A DNA stretch of 64,000 nt from Candidatus Woesearchaeota archaeon (GCA_018668595.1 JABJCP010000035.1:216978-280977), one strand, 5' to 3'. Positions 9,058 through 19,385 are shown, numbered from the stretch's first letter. Program-made: numbers and translations. Notes: a model not told the origin generated them from the letters alone.

Positions 9058-9960
9058 TTATTCAGCAAACATTTTTCCTATTGTGCTTCTATTGAGCCAA
9101 TATTGATGATCTTGAGTCATTTGTTCTTGATTTAAAAAATATATTCTATCCAGTTTTTCATATGATGTTTGAATATCTTTTGCTTTTTTTCCCACAAGAA
9201 CTCCATATGTTTCGAATTGATCTAGTTTGTGCTTTTTGATTTTTGCACTTTTGGATCCTGTTAAAACTTTTGCAAGCGTGCTTACTCCAAATCTTCCTTT
9301 TGCTTCAACTAAACATTCAATCATACTATCCATTGTTGCTTGTTCTTCTTCGGTTAGCTCTGTATTTTCTATTTTGTCAAAATGATTCTCGAGCATTTTC
9401 ATTGCATATTCATGTCTTGGAGATTGATTTTTTTCAGGTTCGTAGTCGCATCCTTTTGCTGTTGAGTGTCCTTCAGAAAATTTATTACAAACGCACCATT
9501 CCATTCCTTTCGGCGTTTCGAAACCTTTGTATCCTGGCACGTAGGTATGATCTTCATTATTTAGTGTAGCATCCATTATCATCCATGCAACAATTACGTC
9601 TTTGAAATCATTTTGTAAGTATGAACTGTATTTTGAAATAAGTGCTTTTTCTTTATCATCTTCAGAAGACATCATGGAGTAAGAATATACTGTTCTATGT
9701 TCAAAATCTCCTCGTAATGCATATACTATTCCTGCATTTTTAACAACATTTTTTTTATTAGAGAAAGCAGCAAATCTTTTAGTTAATCCTGCAAAGTATT
9801 GATCGTGAGCTTCTTGATTTTTAGTATGCATTCCCCATAATTGATCTGCAAGTTCATCTCGAGTTAAATCTTCTAGATTAAAATTATCCTTATCTTTTTT
9901 CATTCGTGCGAATAGTTTTGCTTTAAATTCTTCTTCTGTTATTTCTTGGATTGGTTTCAT
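9058..9960 (-). CDS. Hypothetical protein with Cys/His cluster and C-terminal RQC-like winged helix
   Basis: WCVC...C...RH cluster. ECLVEAKGRFGVSTLAKVLTGSKSAKIKKHKLDQFETYG matches the RecQ RQC pattern. Confidence 0.7.
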   Translation of the reverse strand: MKPIQEITEEEFKAKLFARMKKDKDNFNLEDLTRDELADQLWGMHTKNQEAHDQYFAGLTKRFAAFSNKKNVVKNAGIVYALRGDFEHRTVYSYSMMSSEDDKEKALISKYSSYLQNDFKDVIVAWMIMDATLNNEDHTYVPGYKGFETPKGMEWCVCNKFSEGHSTAKGCDYEPEKNQSPRHEYAMKMLENHFDKIENTELTEEEQATMDSMIECLVEAKGRFGVSTLAKVLTGSKSAKIKKHKLDQFETYGVLVGKKAKDIQTSYEKLDRIYFLNQEQMTQDHQYWLNRSTIGKMFAE

Positions 9961-9983
9961 TTTATTTCTTGCCTTTTTCTTTT

Positions 9984-11210
9984 TTAATTATTATTTTCAA
10001 TTTCAATTTGCTCTGGTTTATTTTCTGCATCACAAATTATTGTTTTTTCTAAATTATCTTGTATAAATTTAATTACCCAGTCATTGTCATCAACAACTTT
10101 CGAATAAAAGTTAAGAACCTGATCTGGTTGAGCTTTTAAGAATTTCATAACTTCATCAAGTGTTTTCTGCGGACCAACTAGCATTGGCAGTTCTTGATCT
10201 ACTCGTTTACCAATTCCTGTAAATTTTGAATAAATGCAAGATGGGTTTTTTATTTGATCAAGCACAGTTAGAATTTGTTCTTTGTCTATTGCACCATCGG
10301 GAAAATCAAATTTTTCATGACTCGCATATTCTTTTTTGATCTTGTTTAGCACAGCTCTTTTTTTTGGTTTGTAATTTAGTATGTATAAGCATTTTGAATG
10401 TTGCAATGATCGTTTAGCAAACATTTTAATTGTTTCTGGAATCTGTTTTTCTGATTTACCAAAGAATAATCCTGATTCGTATGTGAAATCGTGTTCTGAA
10501 AGAGAAGGTTTATTTGCTTTCCATAAAACACTGGATTCCATTATGTTTAGTCCAAACGGTTTAAGTTCTTTATCATGTGTTTCGCTTAAGCGGTTTGGTT
10601 GTACATATACTCCGACACAGTCAGATTTTACTTTCTTAACAAGTTCTGCAATCCTATCATTAGAATCTGCATATTCTTCTTTTGCATGCTTCAAAACTCT
10701 TTGTTTTACTTTCCCATTTGCTCGTTTGAGTGTTAGTATTTTTTGTTTACCTTTGACTCCTGTAAGTGAATATGTTTTGACAACAGGCATGCCAAATATT
10801 GATTTCCAGTAATTTGAATATTTTGGATGTAGGACCATAAATATTTTTTCAGCGTTTTCTGTTGTAGTAAAATTATTATGTTCCACTAGGTTTGTAATTT
10901 TTCTTCCAATTTTCTTTTGATTTTCTGTTGCATCATCATGTAAAAAGCACAATCCTCTATCTGGATAATCACAGTATGCTTCAATAACCCTAAGAATTCT
11001 TTCATCAGCTCTAAAATTAGCATTTTCCACTTTACCGGTTTCAGTCTCAATATACTTGCCATCAAGCAAAAAATCCAGAACATAATTTTCTGCTATGTCT
11101 CTTTCTTTCGGATCATCACTTCCATGACGTGGACCTAGATTTAGATATCTATCATTCATATACGCAACAACTTTCTTTTCCAATGGTGAAGATCCGAATA
11201 TTCCTGGCAT
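9984..11210 (-). CDS. Hypothetical protein, fusion of array family A (N-half) and family B (C-half)
   Basis: Likely start MPGIFGSSPLEKKVV at 11210. A motifs DFLLDGKY and LTLKRANGKVK. B motifs ELVKKVKSDCVGVYVQ and LPMLVGP. Confidence 0.8.
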   Translation of the reverse strand: MPGIFGSSPLEKKVVAYMNDRYLNLGPRHGSDDPKERDIAENYVLDFLLDGKYIETETGKVENANFRADERILRVIEAYCDYPDRGLCFLHDDATENQKKIGRKITNLVEHNNFTTTENAEKIFMVLHPKYSNYWKSIFGMPVVKTYSLTGVKGKQKILTLKRANGKVKQRVLKHAKEEYADSNDRIAELVKKVKSDCVGVYVQPNRLSETHDKELKPFGLNIMESSVLWKANKPSLSEHDFTYESGLFFGKSEKQIPETIKMFAKRSLQHSKCLYILNYKPKKRAVLNKIKKEYASHEKFDFPDGAIDKEQILTVLDQIKNPSCIYSKFTGIGKRVDQELPMLVGPQKTLDEVMKFLKAQPDQVLNFYSKVVDDNDWVIKFIQDNLEKTIICDAENKPEQIEIENNN

Positions 11211-11211
11211 T

Positions 11212-11772
11212 TTATTGTTCACCTTTTGATTCTGCATAAGCTTCTCTTGCATATTTCAAAACTTTCTTCTTAACTTTTCCATTTGCTCGTCTAAGTGTTA
11301 GTTTTTTGAACCATCGTTCTCCTTTAAATTTATATTTTTCAATTCTTTTTTTACGTAAGTTTAATATTGCCAAACCTTCATAGTTTGGATCAAGCACCAC
11401 CAAAACATTTCCTGCATATTCTGCATTTGTAAATTCAGTTTCCTCAACTTTTCTTATCAGTTTTCTTGCAATTCTTTTATGCATATCTGTTGGATTTTCG
11501 TGTAAGAATACAAAACCTTTTCCAGTATGATCTCCATATGCTTGTAATGTTCTGTAAAGATGTTTATCTGCTTCAAATGGAGAATTTTCTACTTTACCAG
11601 TTTCTGTGTCAAGATATTTTCCATCAAGTAAAAAGTCAAGAACATATCTATCTGAAATTTCTTGTTCTTTTGGGTTTGGACTTCCATCTCGTGGTCCTAA
11701 ATTCAGATATCTATCATTCATATACGCAATAACTTCTTTTTCAAGTTCTGATCTTCCGACGAGTGTTGACAT
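11212..11772 (-). CDS. Hypothetical protein, array family A
   Basis: SELEKEVIAYMNDRYLNLGPR...DFLLDGKYLDTETGKVE...LTLRRANGKVK. Confidence 0.8.
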   Translation of the reverse strand: MSTLVGRSELEKEVIAYMNDRYLNLGPRDGSPNPKEQEISDRYVLDFLLDGKYLDTETGKVENSPFEADKHLYRTLQAYGDHTGKGFVFLHENPTDMHKRIARKLIRKVEETEFTNAEYAGNVLVVLDPNYEGLAILNLRKKRIEKYKFKGERWFKKLTLRRANGKVKKKVLKYAREAYAESKGEQ

Positions 11773-12375
11773 TTACTCAGCACCTCTTAGATCAGCTTGA
11801 GGTATTTTTGGTTCTGCATAAGCGTTTTTTGCATATTCCAACACTCTTTGTTTTACTTTTCCATTTGCTCGTCTTAGTGTTAGTTTTTTGTATCTTTTTT
11901 CATCTTTGAATTTGTATTCTGAAATAGCTTTTTTTCGAATTGTTGAAAGTCCGTTTCTTCCTTGAAATTCAGGACAGATGTAAATAAATGCCATTGTTGC
12001 ATACCTAGTATTTGTTAGTTTAGTAGTTTCTAAAATATTGATTATTTTTCTTGCAATTTTAATGTGCATTTCATTTGGTTTGTATCCATTATCATACTCA
12101 TTTTTCCACGCAAATCTTTCTTTTTCACAGAAGTCATTGTATGCACAACTCATTCTAAAAATTAAGTCTTCTCCTTTAAATGGAGCAGGTTCTACTTTTC
12201 CAGTTTCTATATCTAAATATTTTCCGTCGAGTAAAAAATCATGAGCATATCTATCTGCTATTTCCATTTGTTTAGGATCTCGACTACTATATCTATTGCC
12301 AATAGTAAGAAATCTTTTATTCATAATTCCAACAACTTCTTTTTCAAGTTCTGAAGTTCCAAATGATTCAGTCAT
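11773..12375 (-). CDS. Hypothetical protein, array family A
   Basis: SELEKEVVGIMNKRFL...DFLLDGKYLDIETGKVE...LTLRRANGKVKQRVL. Confidence 0.8.
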   Translation of the reverse strand: MTESFGTSELEKEVVGIMNKRFLTIGNRYSSRDPKQMEIADRYAHDFLLDGKYLDIETGKVEPAPFKGEDLIFRMSCAYNDFCEKERFAWKNEYDNGYKPNEMHIKIARKIINILETTKLTNTRYATMAFIYICPEFQGRNGLSTIRKKAISEYKFKDEKRYKKLTLRRANGKVKQRVLEYAKNAYAEPKIPQADLRGAE

Positions 12376-13005
12376 TTACTGATCACCTCTTAGATCAAAT
12401 TCAAGTTCTCTTGGTTGTATTATTCTGTCACACATAATTATTTTATCTACACTTGTTGATATGTAGTCTCCTGAGTTTTCTGCTACGCCAATTGCATTAT
12501 AAAATTCAATTATTTTTTTTGGATTTTGTCTTAGTTGTCGCATTAGTTCAACTTGTATTCTTTTTGGACCAACTATTGCAGGCAGTGAATGTAACTTACC
12601 ACATATTTCATAAGGTAAAATAACTGTGGCATCACCATATTTTTCATTAAACCGTAAAACCCATTCTTTCGCATTAAATATATCTGTACAAGTTTCAATT
12701 TTATTTGCTTTTTTTCTAACAACGTTTTTGTTTAAGCTGTAGTGTAGAATATGCAGAGCATCTTGGTCTACATCATTAGGTCTAATATTTTTTTGACTTT
12801 TTGCAATATTTTTTATTTTGTTTGGTATAAATGGATTATGGATCGAGTTGTGTTCAGAAATATGACAACATACATAGTGCAATAAATCTGATCCATTAAC
12901 ATCGCAACCATACAGTTTAAAGTCAGGAAATATTTTTTGCATTCCTTTAGGATCAAAATATGCTGTTGCACATTCTCTTTTCACTCTTTCAATTAAATCT
13001 TTCAT
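12376..13005 (-). CDS. Hypothetical protein, array family B
   Basis: MKDLIERVKREC...LPAIVGP...NPKKIIEFY...PRELEFDLRG. Confidence 0.8.
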   Translation of the reverse strand: MKDLIERVKRECATAYFDPKGMQKIFPDFKLYGCDVNGSDLLHYVCCHISEHNSIHNPFIPNKIKNIAKSQKNIRPNDVDQDALHILHYSLNKNVVRKKANKIETCTDIFNAKEWVLRFNEKYGDATVILPYEICGKLHSLPAIVGPKRIQVELMRQLRQNPKKIIEFYNAIGVAENSGDYISTSVDKIIMCDRIIQPRELEFDLRGDQ

Positions 13006-13685
13006 TCTCCGCCTCGTAGATCATAATTAACTTCTCTAGGTTTTCCCAACAAATCATAAATCAAAACTCTTTTATTTCTTTCCTGAGTTTCTGTTACATA
13101 TGTTTCATTAGCAGGAGTTAAGATTGATTTAGAAAATTCATATACTTTCTCAGGATTTTTCTTAAATTCGTCAATAACTTGTTGAGTCAATTCTCTGTTT
13201 CCAATAATTTGATAATTGTGAAAAAGTTCAATATGTATTACTGTTGGATCTTTAAATTTTTCTTCAAACCATTTTATGTATTCTTTAGAGTCAATCAAAT
13301 CTTTTTTTGCTTTTTCCAAATTCAGTTTAGGATTGTTTTCAATCATTCTTTCAAGAAACCACTGTCCTGTTTTTTCTACTCCTTCTAATTCTTTTCTAAC
13401 TTTTTTCTTATTCAGTCCAAAATGAACCACACATAACTCTTCAATTAGTTCTTTAGTTTCAAATCCGTCCGGAGTCCTAACTAATCTTTTTACTCTTTTC
13501 GGAAATGATAAATATTTGAATCCGAATTTTGGCAGGTGTTGCCAGGGTGTTGCTATGTAAATAAAAGTAGAACTTTTTTTACCTTCAAGACCGAATGTAG
13601 GATCATCGCTTTTTTGAAGTAATTGTCCTGCTTGTACAAATACTCCTGCACATTCTTTTTTCACTCTTTCAATTAAGTCTTTCAT
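13002..13685 (-). CDS. Hypothetical protein, array family B
   Basis: MKDLIERVKKECAGVFVQ...NPEKVYEF...PREVNYDLRG. Confidence 0.8.
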   Translation of the reverse strand: MKDLIERVKKECAGVFVQAGQLLQKSDDPTFGLEGKKSSTFIYIATPWQHLPKFGFKYLSFPKRVKRLVRTPDGFETKELIEELCVVHFGLNKKKVRKELEGVEKTGQWFLERMIENNPKLNLEKAKKDLIDSKEYIKWFEEKFKDPTVIHIELFHNYQIIGNRELTQQVIDEFKKNPEKVYEFSKSILTPANETYVTETQERNKRVLIYDLLGKPREVNYDLRGGE

Positions 13686-13730
13686 TTTTTGTCATATTTT
13701 TATTTTGTTTCTATTTTGTTTTTATTTTTC

Positions 13731-14171
13731 TTAAAAAAATCTTGATCCAAAATATGTTGCTGCATATCCAAATGCTGTTAGTGTTCCTGTTTTGAATATT
13801 GTTGTTCCAACTTTTTTTGTTACGCTCAGTCCTTGAGTTTTTTCCACAATTTTATCAAGTGTGTTTTCAATTTTTTCTGAATTTGATTTATACTCTGGTT
13901 TTTTTCTATAACTCTCTCTTACTTTTTCAGAGCCTGCAATTTTTCCAGTATATTTAATTAAACTAGTAACTCCTGCAGTTAATATTGAATTTACTGCAGT
14001 TGGTGATCCTAAAATTGCTGCTTTTATTGTTGGATCCATGTTGTATCCTTGCACATCTGACATCGCTACATATGATCCTGCTGCTACGGGCCATACATAT
14101 GTCAGTGCAATTCCTGCTGCTTTTCCTACTAATTTTGAAACTCGACCTTTGTTTTCTTTTACATTTCCCAT
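13731..14171 (-). CDS. Hypothetical membrane-associated protein
   Basis: 146-aa ORF with Gly/Ala-rich hydrophobic segments. SD AGGGGA. Confidence 0.65.
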   Translation of the reverse strand: MGNVKENKGRVSKLVGKAAGIALTYVWPVAAGSYVAMSDVQGYNMDPTIKAAILGSPTAVNSILTAGVTSLIKYTGKIAGSEKVRESYRKKPEYKSNSEKIENTLDKIVEKTQGLSVTKKVGTTIFKTGTLTAFGYAATYFGSRFF

Positions 14172-14239
14172 ATTCTTCTCCCCTGCTGTGCTTTCTACCT
14201 CTTTAATATATTATAATATAATAGAAATAGCTCTACCCT

Positions 14240-14278
14240 TTATAAGCTTTTCGCTTTTTAACTACTTTAGAGTGGTTA
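14240..14278 (-). promoter_or_regulatory. Palindromic site plus BRE/TATA promoter
   Basis: Minus strand: ACCACT-ctaa-AGTAGT-taaaaagcgaaaag-CTTATAA. Confidence 0.7.
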
Positions 14279-14290
14279 TAAATAAAGAAT

Positions 14291-14947
14291 TCAATCAGAA
14301 TGGATTATTAAGTCATAATGCTTAATAAGCTCTTCAGCTAAATCCACAACTAGTTTAGATTTACTTTCATTTTTGCTTTTTTGAAAAGTAGACATTGAAC
14401 AATCCCAAATCATTTGCCCAAATTGAATTCCTTTTTCAATTAAATCAGAATTTTTCAAATCTTCTCGAGTCCATTTGTGTTTTATCAAATTAAATAAGTG
14501 CTGATGCGCATATAATTCTTGTACATCAAAATGACATTGAAAATTAACATAATCTGAGTCAAAAAGATTTACTCTTTTTCTATTCGCAAATTGTTTCCAG
14601 TAGGTTTGCTGAGGTAAAAAAATTCCTGATTTTTCAATTTGTTCTAATGAACAAGTAAACTTACCGACGAACAAATAACAATCAATTGCTAATTTATCTA
14701 GTGTTTCCTGATCATTATTTTTTTTTAATTCATCTTTAAAATACAATGAATATTTATTCATTAAATCATCTACACTGATTTTTTTTGACACAATATCTCG
14801 TGCATTTCGCATTACTTGAACATGTGTTAATGCATCAATTCCATACCAAAGAATTTCGTGCCCGTAAGTGGTACAGCTGTTAATTTCTTCAACAGTTAAT
14901 GCATTTAATTGAGTTTTTATAGATTCATCTAATATTGGATAATTCAT
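14291..14947 (-). CDS. Hypothetical protein
   Basis: 218-aa ORF with a TATA-like sequence about 25 bp upstream. Confidence 0.65.
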   Translation of the reverse strand: MNYPILDESIKTQLNALTVEEINSCTTYGHEILWYGIDALTHVQVMRNARDIVSKKISVDDLMNKYSLYFKDELKKNNDQETLDKLAIDCYLFVGKFTCSLEQIEKSGIFLPQQTYWKQFANRKRVNLFDSDYVNFQCHFDVQELYAHQHLFNLIKHKWTREDLKNSDLIEKGIQFGQMIWDCSMSTFQKSKNESKSKLVVDLAEELIKHYDLIIHSD

Positions 14948-15003
14948 ACTTCTAGCTATACGTTACGTATTTTTAAATTTTTATATGTTTAAGAATTAAT
15001 TAA

Positions 15004-15933
15004 TTATCTTCTTCTGCCAGATCCTGCTGCGCCCATTCTTCTAGCGCCTGATCTGCTGTACTTTATCTTTCGTTCTTTAGTTGCTTTTCTTCTTGCAGAA
15101 TAACATTCATCACAATATATTGGTGTATCTTTTGTTGGCGTGAATGGAACTGTGCATTCAACTCCACATTTGAAACACTTTGTTTTATGTTGTGGTTTAG
15201 AATCAAAATCAGGTCTTCCAAATCTTTCTCGAGTTTTTGCTCTTCCTCTTCGGGTTATTGGATCTTCATATTCATCTCTCGCACTAGTTCTTGGACCGTC
15301 TGAATGTGATGAACTTGATCTATTAAATTCAGTATAATTTGCTGATCTTTTTCTATCTCTTCTTATTTTTCCAAATGGATTAGGAGGCTCTACAAATTCT
15401 GCTTTTTTTCTTTTTGAAACTTCTCGTCGATCTTCTCTTGGTTTTTTAGGCCCTTTCCGATCATCATCTGGTCTACTACTCTCTCGACTATACTTTTTTC
15501 CACTACTTTGCCTATCATCATATCTGCTAAATTTCTTACGATCATCAGTTGGTTTACTTCGACCTCTTTCACTTTCTCTACTTTTTGGCCGATCATCATC
15601 TCGCGAACTTCGCGAAGAAGTTCTACTGCTCCCTCTATTATATTCTCTTCCGCGAGGTTTATCATCATCACGCTTACTTCGACTTCTTAGTCCCTCGCGT
15701 CCGCTACTTCTACTTGGTCGATCACCTTCTCTGCGACTTTTACTAGGTCCTCTTGAAGAACTACTGCTGCGAGTTCTTCCGCTACTTGGTCGATCATCAT
15801 CTCTTCGAGGTCCTCTTCTTTCACTACGTCCACTACTTGAACGATCATCATCGCTAGATCTTCCAGAACTTTTTCTACTAGAATTCCGTTCTGATTTAGA
15901 TCTTACTCTTCTTGGTGTGCTTAGTTTGCTCAT
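15004..15933 (-). CDS. Arg/Ser/Asp-rich low-complexity protein with C-terminal CxxC-x17-CxxC domain
   Basis: About 240 aa of RS/DDDR repeats, then HKTKCFKCGVECTVPFTPTKDTPIYCDECY. Confidence 0.8.
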   Translation of the reverse strand: MSKLSTPRRVRSKSERNSSRKSSGRSSDDDRSSSGRSERRGPRRDDDRPSSGRTRSSSSSRGPSKSRREGDRPSRSSGREGLRSRSKRDDDKPRGREYNRGSSRTSSRSSRDDDRPKSRESERGRSKPTDDRKKFSRYDDRQSSGKKYSRESSRPDDDRKGPKKPREDRREVSKRKKAEFVEPPNPFGKIRRDRKRSANYTEFNRSSSSHSDGPRTSARDEYEDPITRRGRAKTRERFGRPDFDSKPQHKTKCFKCGVECTVPFTPTKDTPIYCDECYSARRKATKERKIKYSRSGARRMGAAGSGRRR

Positions 15934-16021
15934 ATTTATCTATATTTTCAGGACTTATTTATAAATATATATGGTGGGATTTCACAAACTATAAAAAGAT
16001 ACTAATAATCAATCAATTAAA

Positions 16022-18781
16022 ATGACTACAATACCTCAAAATAATAAAACTTCTTGGATAAAAAATATTATCATAATTGTTTTTGTGCTTATTTTCATTG
16101 GAATCTTTGCATTAGCAGGATTAATAACTGATTTTTATTGGTTTGATGCTTTGGGTTTTGCAAACATTTTCACTATTTCATTATCAACTAAAATCTTAAC
16201 ATTTGCAGTAGCAGCAGTATCTTTTTTCATATTCCTGTTTATCAACCTAGCAATATCTTCAAAAATTAATACATTGAAAAAACAAAAAGAGGTATTATCT
16301 CTGAAATTTAAATCATTAATAGCATTAGTAATTTCGATATTTGTGGGATTTACTGCAACTTCTGCTTGGTTTACTATCCTTAAATATTTGAATCGAACAA
16401 GTTTCAATATTGCAGATCCAATTTTTGCAAAGGATGTTTCATTTTATGTTTTTACTCTTCCATTTTATTCAGCAATTTGGACATTTGTTTTTGCAACTGT
16501 TTTTGTAACATTAATTTTAGTAATTTTGGATTATGTTAAATCAATTATTAGTAATAAATTACAAACAACAATTGATCCTGTAAAAGCAGCTAATGATCCA
16601 TTCGGACTCAAAACAGCATTTTCTCTTCTCAAAAATCATGCAGCAATTCATTTGTCAGTTTTAGCAGCAATGATATTTACACTTCTTGCAGCAAGACATT
16701 ATTTATCATTTTTCTCAATCATGTTTTCAGAACAGGGAATTGTTGTGGGTGCAGGTTATGCAGATGTTGTTGCATACCTTCCAATTTTAAAAATTCTAGC
16801 AATCGTTGCATTAATTGTTGCAGCATTATTCCTTGTATGGACGTTTGTAATTGCAAAGCAGCCTAACTTAAAAAAGAGACATATTATTTTCTATGCATTA
16901 TTCATATACATTCTATTTTTATTCGTTGGACCAACTATTATTCCTGGAGTTATTCAATCATTTAAAGTTTCTCCGAATGAAATAAACTTGGAAAAACCTT
17001 TTATTGAAAATAATATAGAATTTACAAGAATAGCATATGGTCTTGAAAATGTTGAAGAAAGTGAATTTGAAGTAGCAAAGTCTATCACTCCAGAACTTTT
17101 AGAAGCGTCGCCTGAAACCATGGATAATATTCGTATTCTTGATTGGCGTCCTCTTACAAAAACTTACAAACAAACTCAAGAAATTAGATTATATTATGAT
17201 CTCTCAGGAATTGACATAGATCGTTACAATATTGATGGCAAGTATACTCAAGTTATGCTTGCACCTAGAGAATTAGAACAGACTCAAATCACTCCGAATG
17301 CTCAAACATGGGTTAATATTCATATGGTTTATACTCATGGTTTTGGCGTTGTTATGAGTCCTGTAAATAAGGTCACAAGTCAAGGTCTTCCAGAGTATTT
17401 AATAAAAGATATTCCGCCTATTTATGCAGTTGATGAACCTTTATTAAAAATAGATCAACCGCAGATTTATTATGGTGAAAAGTATGGTTCTTTTGTTTTA
17501 ACAAATACTAATACAAACGAGTTTGATTATCCTAAAGGTAATAGTAATGAATATTTGAGATACGATGGAAAAGGAGGCGTTACTCTTAATTCTTTTTGGA
17601 AAAAGGTTTTAATGGCAATTCGTTTTGCAGACATAAAAATACTTCTTTCAGAAGATATAACTCCAGAAAGTAAAGTTATGTTTAATCGTCAGATTCAGGA
17701 GAGGATTTCAAAAATCACTCCTTTCTTATCTCTTGATGCAGATCCTTATCTTGTAATAAATGAGGGGAAACTTTATTGGATTCAAGATGCTTACACATCA
17801 ACAGGCAACTTCCCATATTCTGCAAAGTATGGTGGAATTAATTACATAAGAAATTCTGTTAAGGTTGTTGTTAATGCATATGATGGAGATGTTAGTTTTT
17901 ATGTTGTTGATAAAAAAGATCCTTTAATGCAAACTTATGCAAAGGTTTTCCCAAAGCAATTCAAAAGTTTTGATCAGATGCCTGAAGGATTAAAATCTCA
18001 TTTGAGATATCCTGAAGATTTATTTAAAATTCAGTCTCAGATTTATAGTACATATCACATGGATGATGCAACTGTTTTTTATAATAAAGAAGATGCTTGG
18101 CAGATTCCGTATGAAGTTTATGGTGTTGGTCAACAAACTGTTGTCGAGCCGTATTATATGGTTATGAATCTTCCTGATGAAACAGAAGAAGAATTTGTTT
18201 TAATGACATCATTTACTCCAATTAAAAAGGATAATATGATTGCTTGGATGGCTGCACGTTCTGATGGAGATAATTATGGTAAACTTTTACTTTACAAATT
18301 TCCAAAAGATAAACTTGTATACGGACCGTTGCAGATTGAGGCAAAGATCGACCAGGATTCTGAGATTTCTCAGCAGTTAACTTTATGGTCTCAACAAGGA
18401 TCAAGAGTAACAAGAGGAAACTTATTAGTAATACCTATACAAGACAGTCTGCTCTACATCGAACCATTGTATATTCAGGCAGAAACTGGTCAGCTTCCAG
18501 AACTTAAAAGAGTTCTTATTTCTGACGGAGAACGTGTTGTGATGGAAGTAGATTTAGGAACTGCTCTTGAAAGTTTGTTTGGTAAATCTAAAACTCCAAA
18601 ACCAATTGAATATAATGACGAAGGAATAGAAATTTTACAAACTGATGCAGATTTAATTAATGAAGCTAATCAATATTACACTGATCTTCTAACCTCGATG
18701 ACTAATAATGATTGGGTTTCATTTGGAGAAAACTTTGATAATCTTGGTAAAGTTTTGGATGAATTAAACTCTGAAGAATAA
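16022..18781 (+). CDS. UPF0182 family membrane protein
   Basis: TDFYWFDALGF, DPIFAKDVSFYVF, GAGYADV, DIDRY, YTHGFG, YIRNSVK, RYPEDLF, GNLLVIP. Confidence 0.93.
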   Translation: MTTIPQNNKTSWIKNIIIIVFVLIFIGIFALAGLITDFYWFDALGFANIFTISLSTKILTFAVAAVSFFIFLFINLAISSKINTLKKQKEVLSLKFKSLIALVISIFVGFTATSAWFTILKYLNRTSFNIADPIFAKDVSFYVFTLPFYSAIWTFVFATVFVTLILVILDYVKSIISNKLQTTIDPVKAANDPFGLKTAFSLLKNHAAIHLSVLAAMIFTLLAARHYLSFFSIMFSEQGIVVGAGYADVVAYLPILKILAIVALIVAALFLVWTFVIAKQPNLKKRHIIFYALFIYILFLFVGPTIIPGVIQSFKVSPNEINLEKPFIENNIEFTRIAYGLENVEESEFEVAKSITPELLEASPETMDNIRILDWRPLTKTYKQTQEIRLYYDLSGIDIDRYNIDGKYTQVMLAPRELEQTQITPNAQTWVNIHMVYTHGFGVVMSPVNKVTSQGLPEYLIKDIPPIYAVDEPLLKIDQPQIYYGEKYGSFVLTNTNTNEFDYPKGNSNEYLRYDGKGGVTLNSFWKKVLMAIRFADIKILLSEDITPESKVMFNRQIQERISKITPFLSLDADPYLVINEGKLYWIQDAYTSTGNFPYSAKYGGINYIRNSVKVVVNAYDGDVSFYVVDKKDPLMQTYAKVFPKQFKSFDQMPEGLKSHLRYPEDLFKIQSQIYSTYHMDDATVFYNKEDAWQIPYEVYGVGQQTVVEPYYMVMNLPDETEEEFVLMTSFTPIKKDNMIAWMAARSDGDNYGKLLLYKFPKDKLVYGPLQIEAKIDQDSEISQQLTLWSQQGSRVTRGNLLVIPIQDSLLYIEPLYIQAETGQLPELKRVLISDGERVVMEVDLGTALESLFGKSKTPKPIEYNDEGIEILQTDADLINEANQYYTDLLTSMTNNDWVSFGENFDNLGKVLDELNSEE

Positions 18782-18839
18782 TTAATAATAAAATAAGAAA
18801 GAATAAAATATTTTTTTAATTTTTTCATTTCACTTTTTT

Positions 18840-19385
18840 TTAAGGTTTAGTGATTTTTCCTTCAAACACATTCCCGTACTCATACTTCTCTTCGTGGAAA
18901 CTTGCTTTTCCTTGTTGGTATTTAGTATACAACATAACTAGTTCTTGTGGAGAACAATCTTTTATGGGATCTAATTCGCTTAGCATTTTTGATGGTTCAA
19001 ATACAATTCCTCTTTCGTCAGGTACTCGTCTTGCCATTCCTAACCATACTGCTTCTTCGTGATATAATCCGCTGTCTTTAAATTCTTCTACTAAGAATGC
19101 AACATCTTTTCCTAGTCCAAACATTTTTTGTTCTAGTTCACTCATGTGTTTAATTCCATTATGAATATATTCAAAACTCAGAAGTCTTTTTGCTATATTC
19201 AGATATGCAGTATGTTGGCCACTTTTTATTGCTTGGTCTGGAAATCGTATCATTGAGTTTTGTTTCTCAACAACCCATTTTTTTACTTCTCTCATATATG
19301 CTTCTTTTAGAAACGTCTCTCTATCTTCATTGGGAATAGGTTGAAGTTGTACGCAGTTCATCCGGTCAAGTTTTTTGTTAATCAT
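18840..19385 (-). CDS. Hypothetical protein
   Basis: 181-aa ORF, no recognised motif. Confidence 0.6.
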   Translation of the reverse strand: MINKKLDRMNCVQLQPIPNEDRETFLKEAYMREVKKWVVEKQNSMIRFPDQAIKSGQHTAYLNIAKRLLSFEYIHNGIKHMSELEQKMFGLGKDVAFLVEEFKDSGLYHEEAVWLGMARRVPDERGIVFEPSKMLSELDPIKDCSPQELVMLYTKYQQGKASFHEEKYEYGNVFEGKITKP

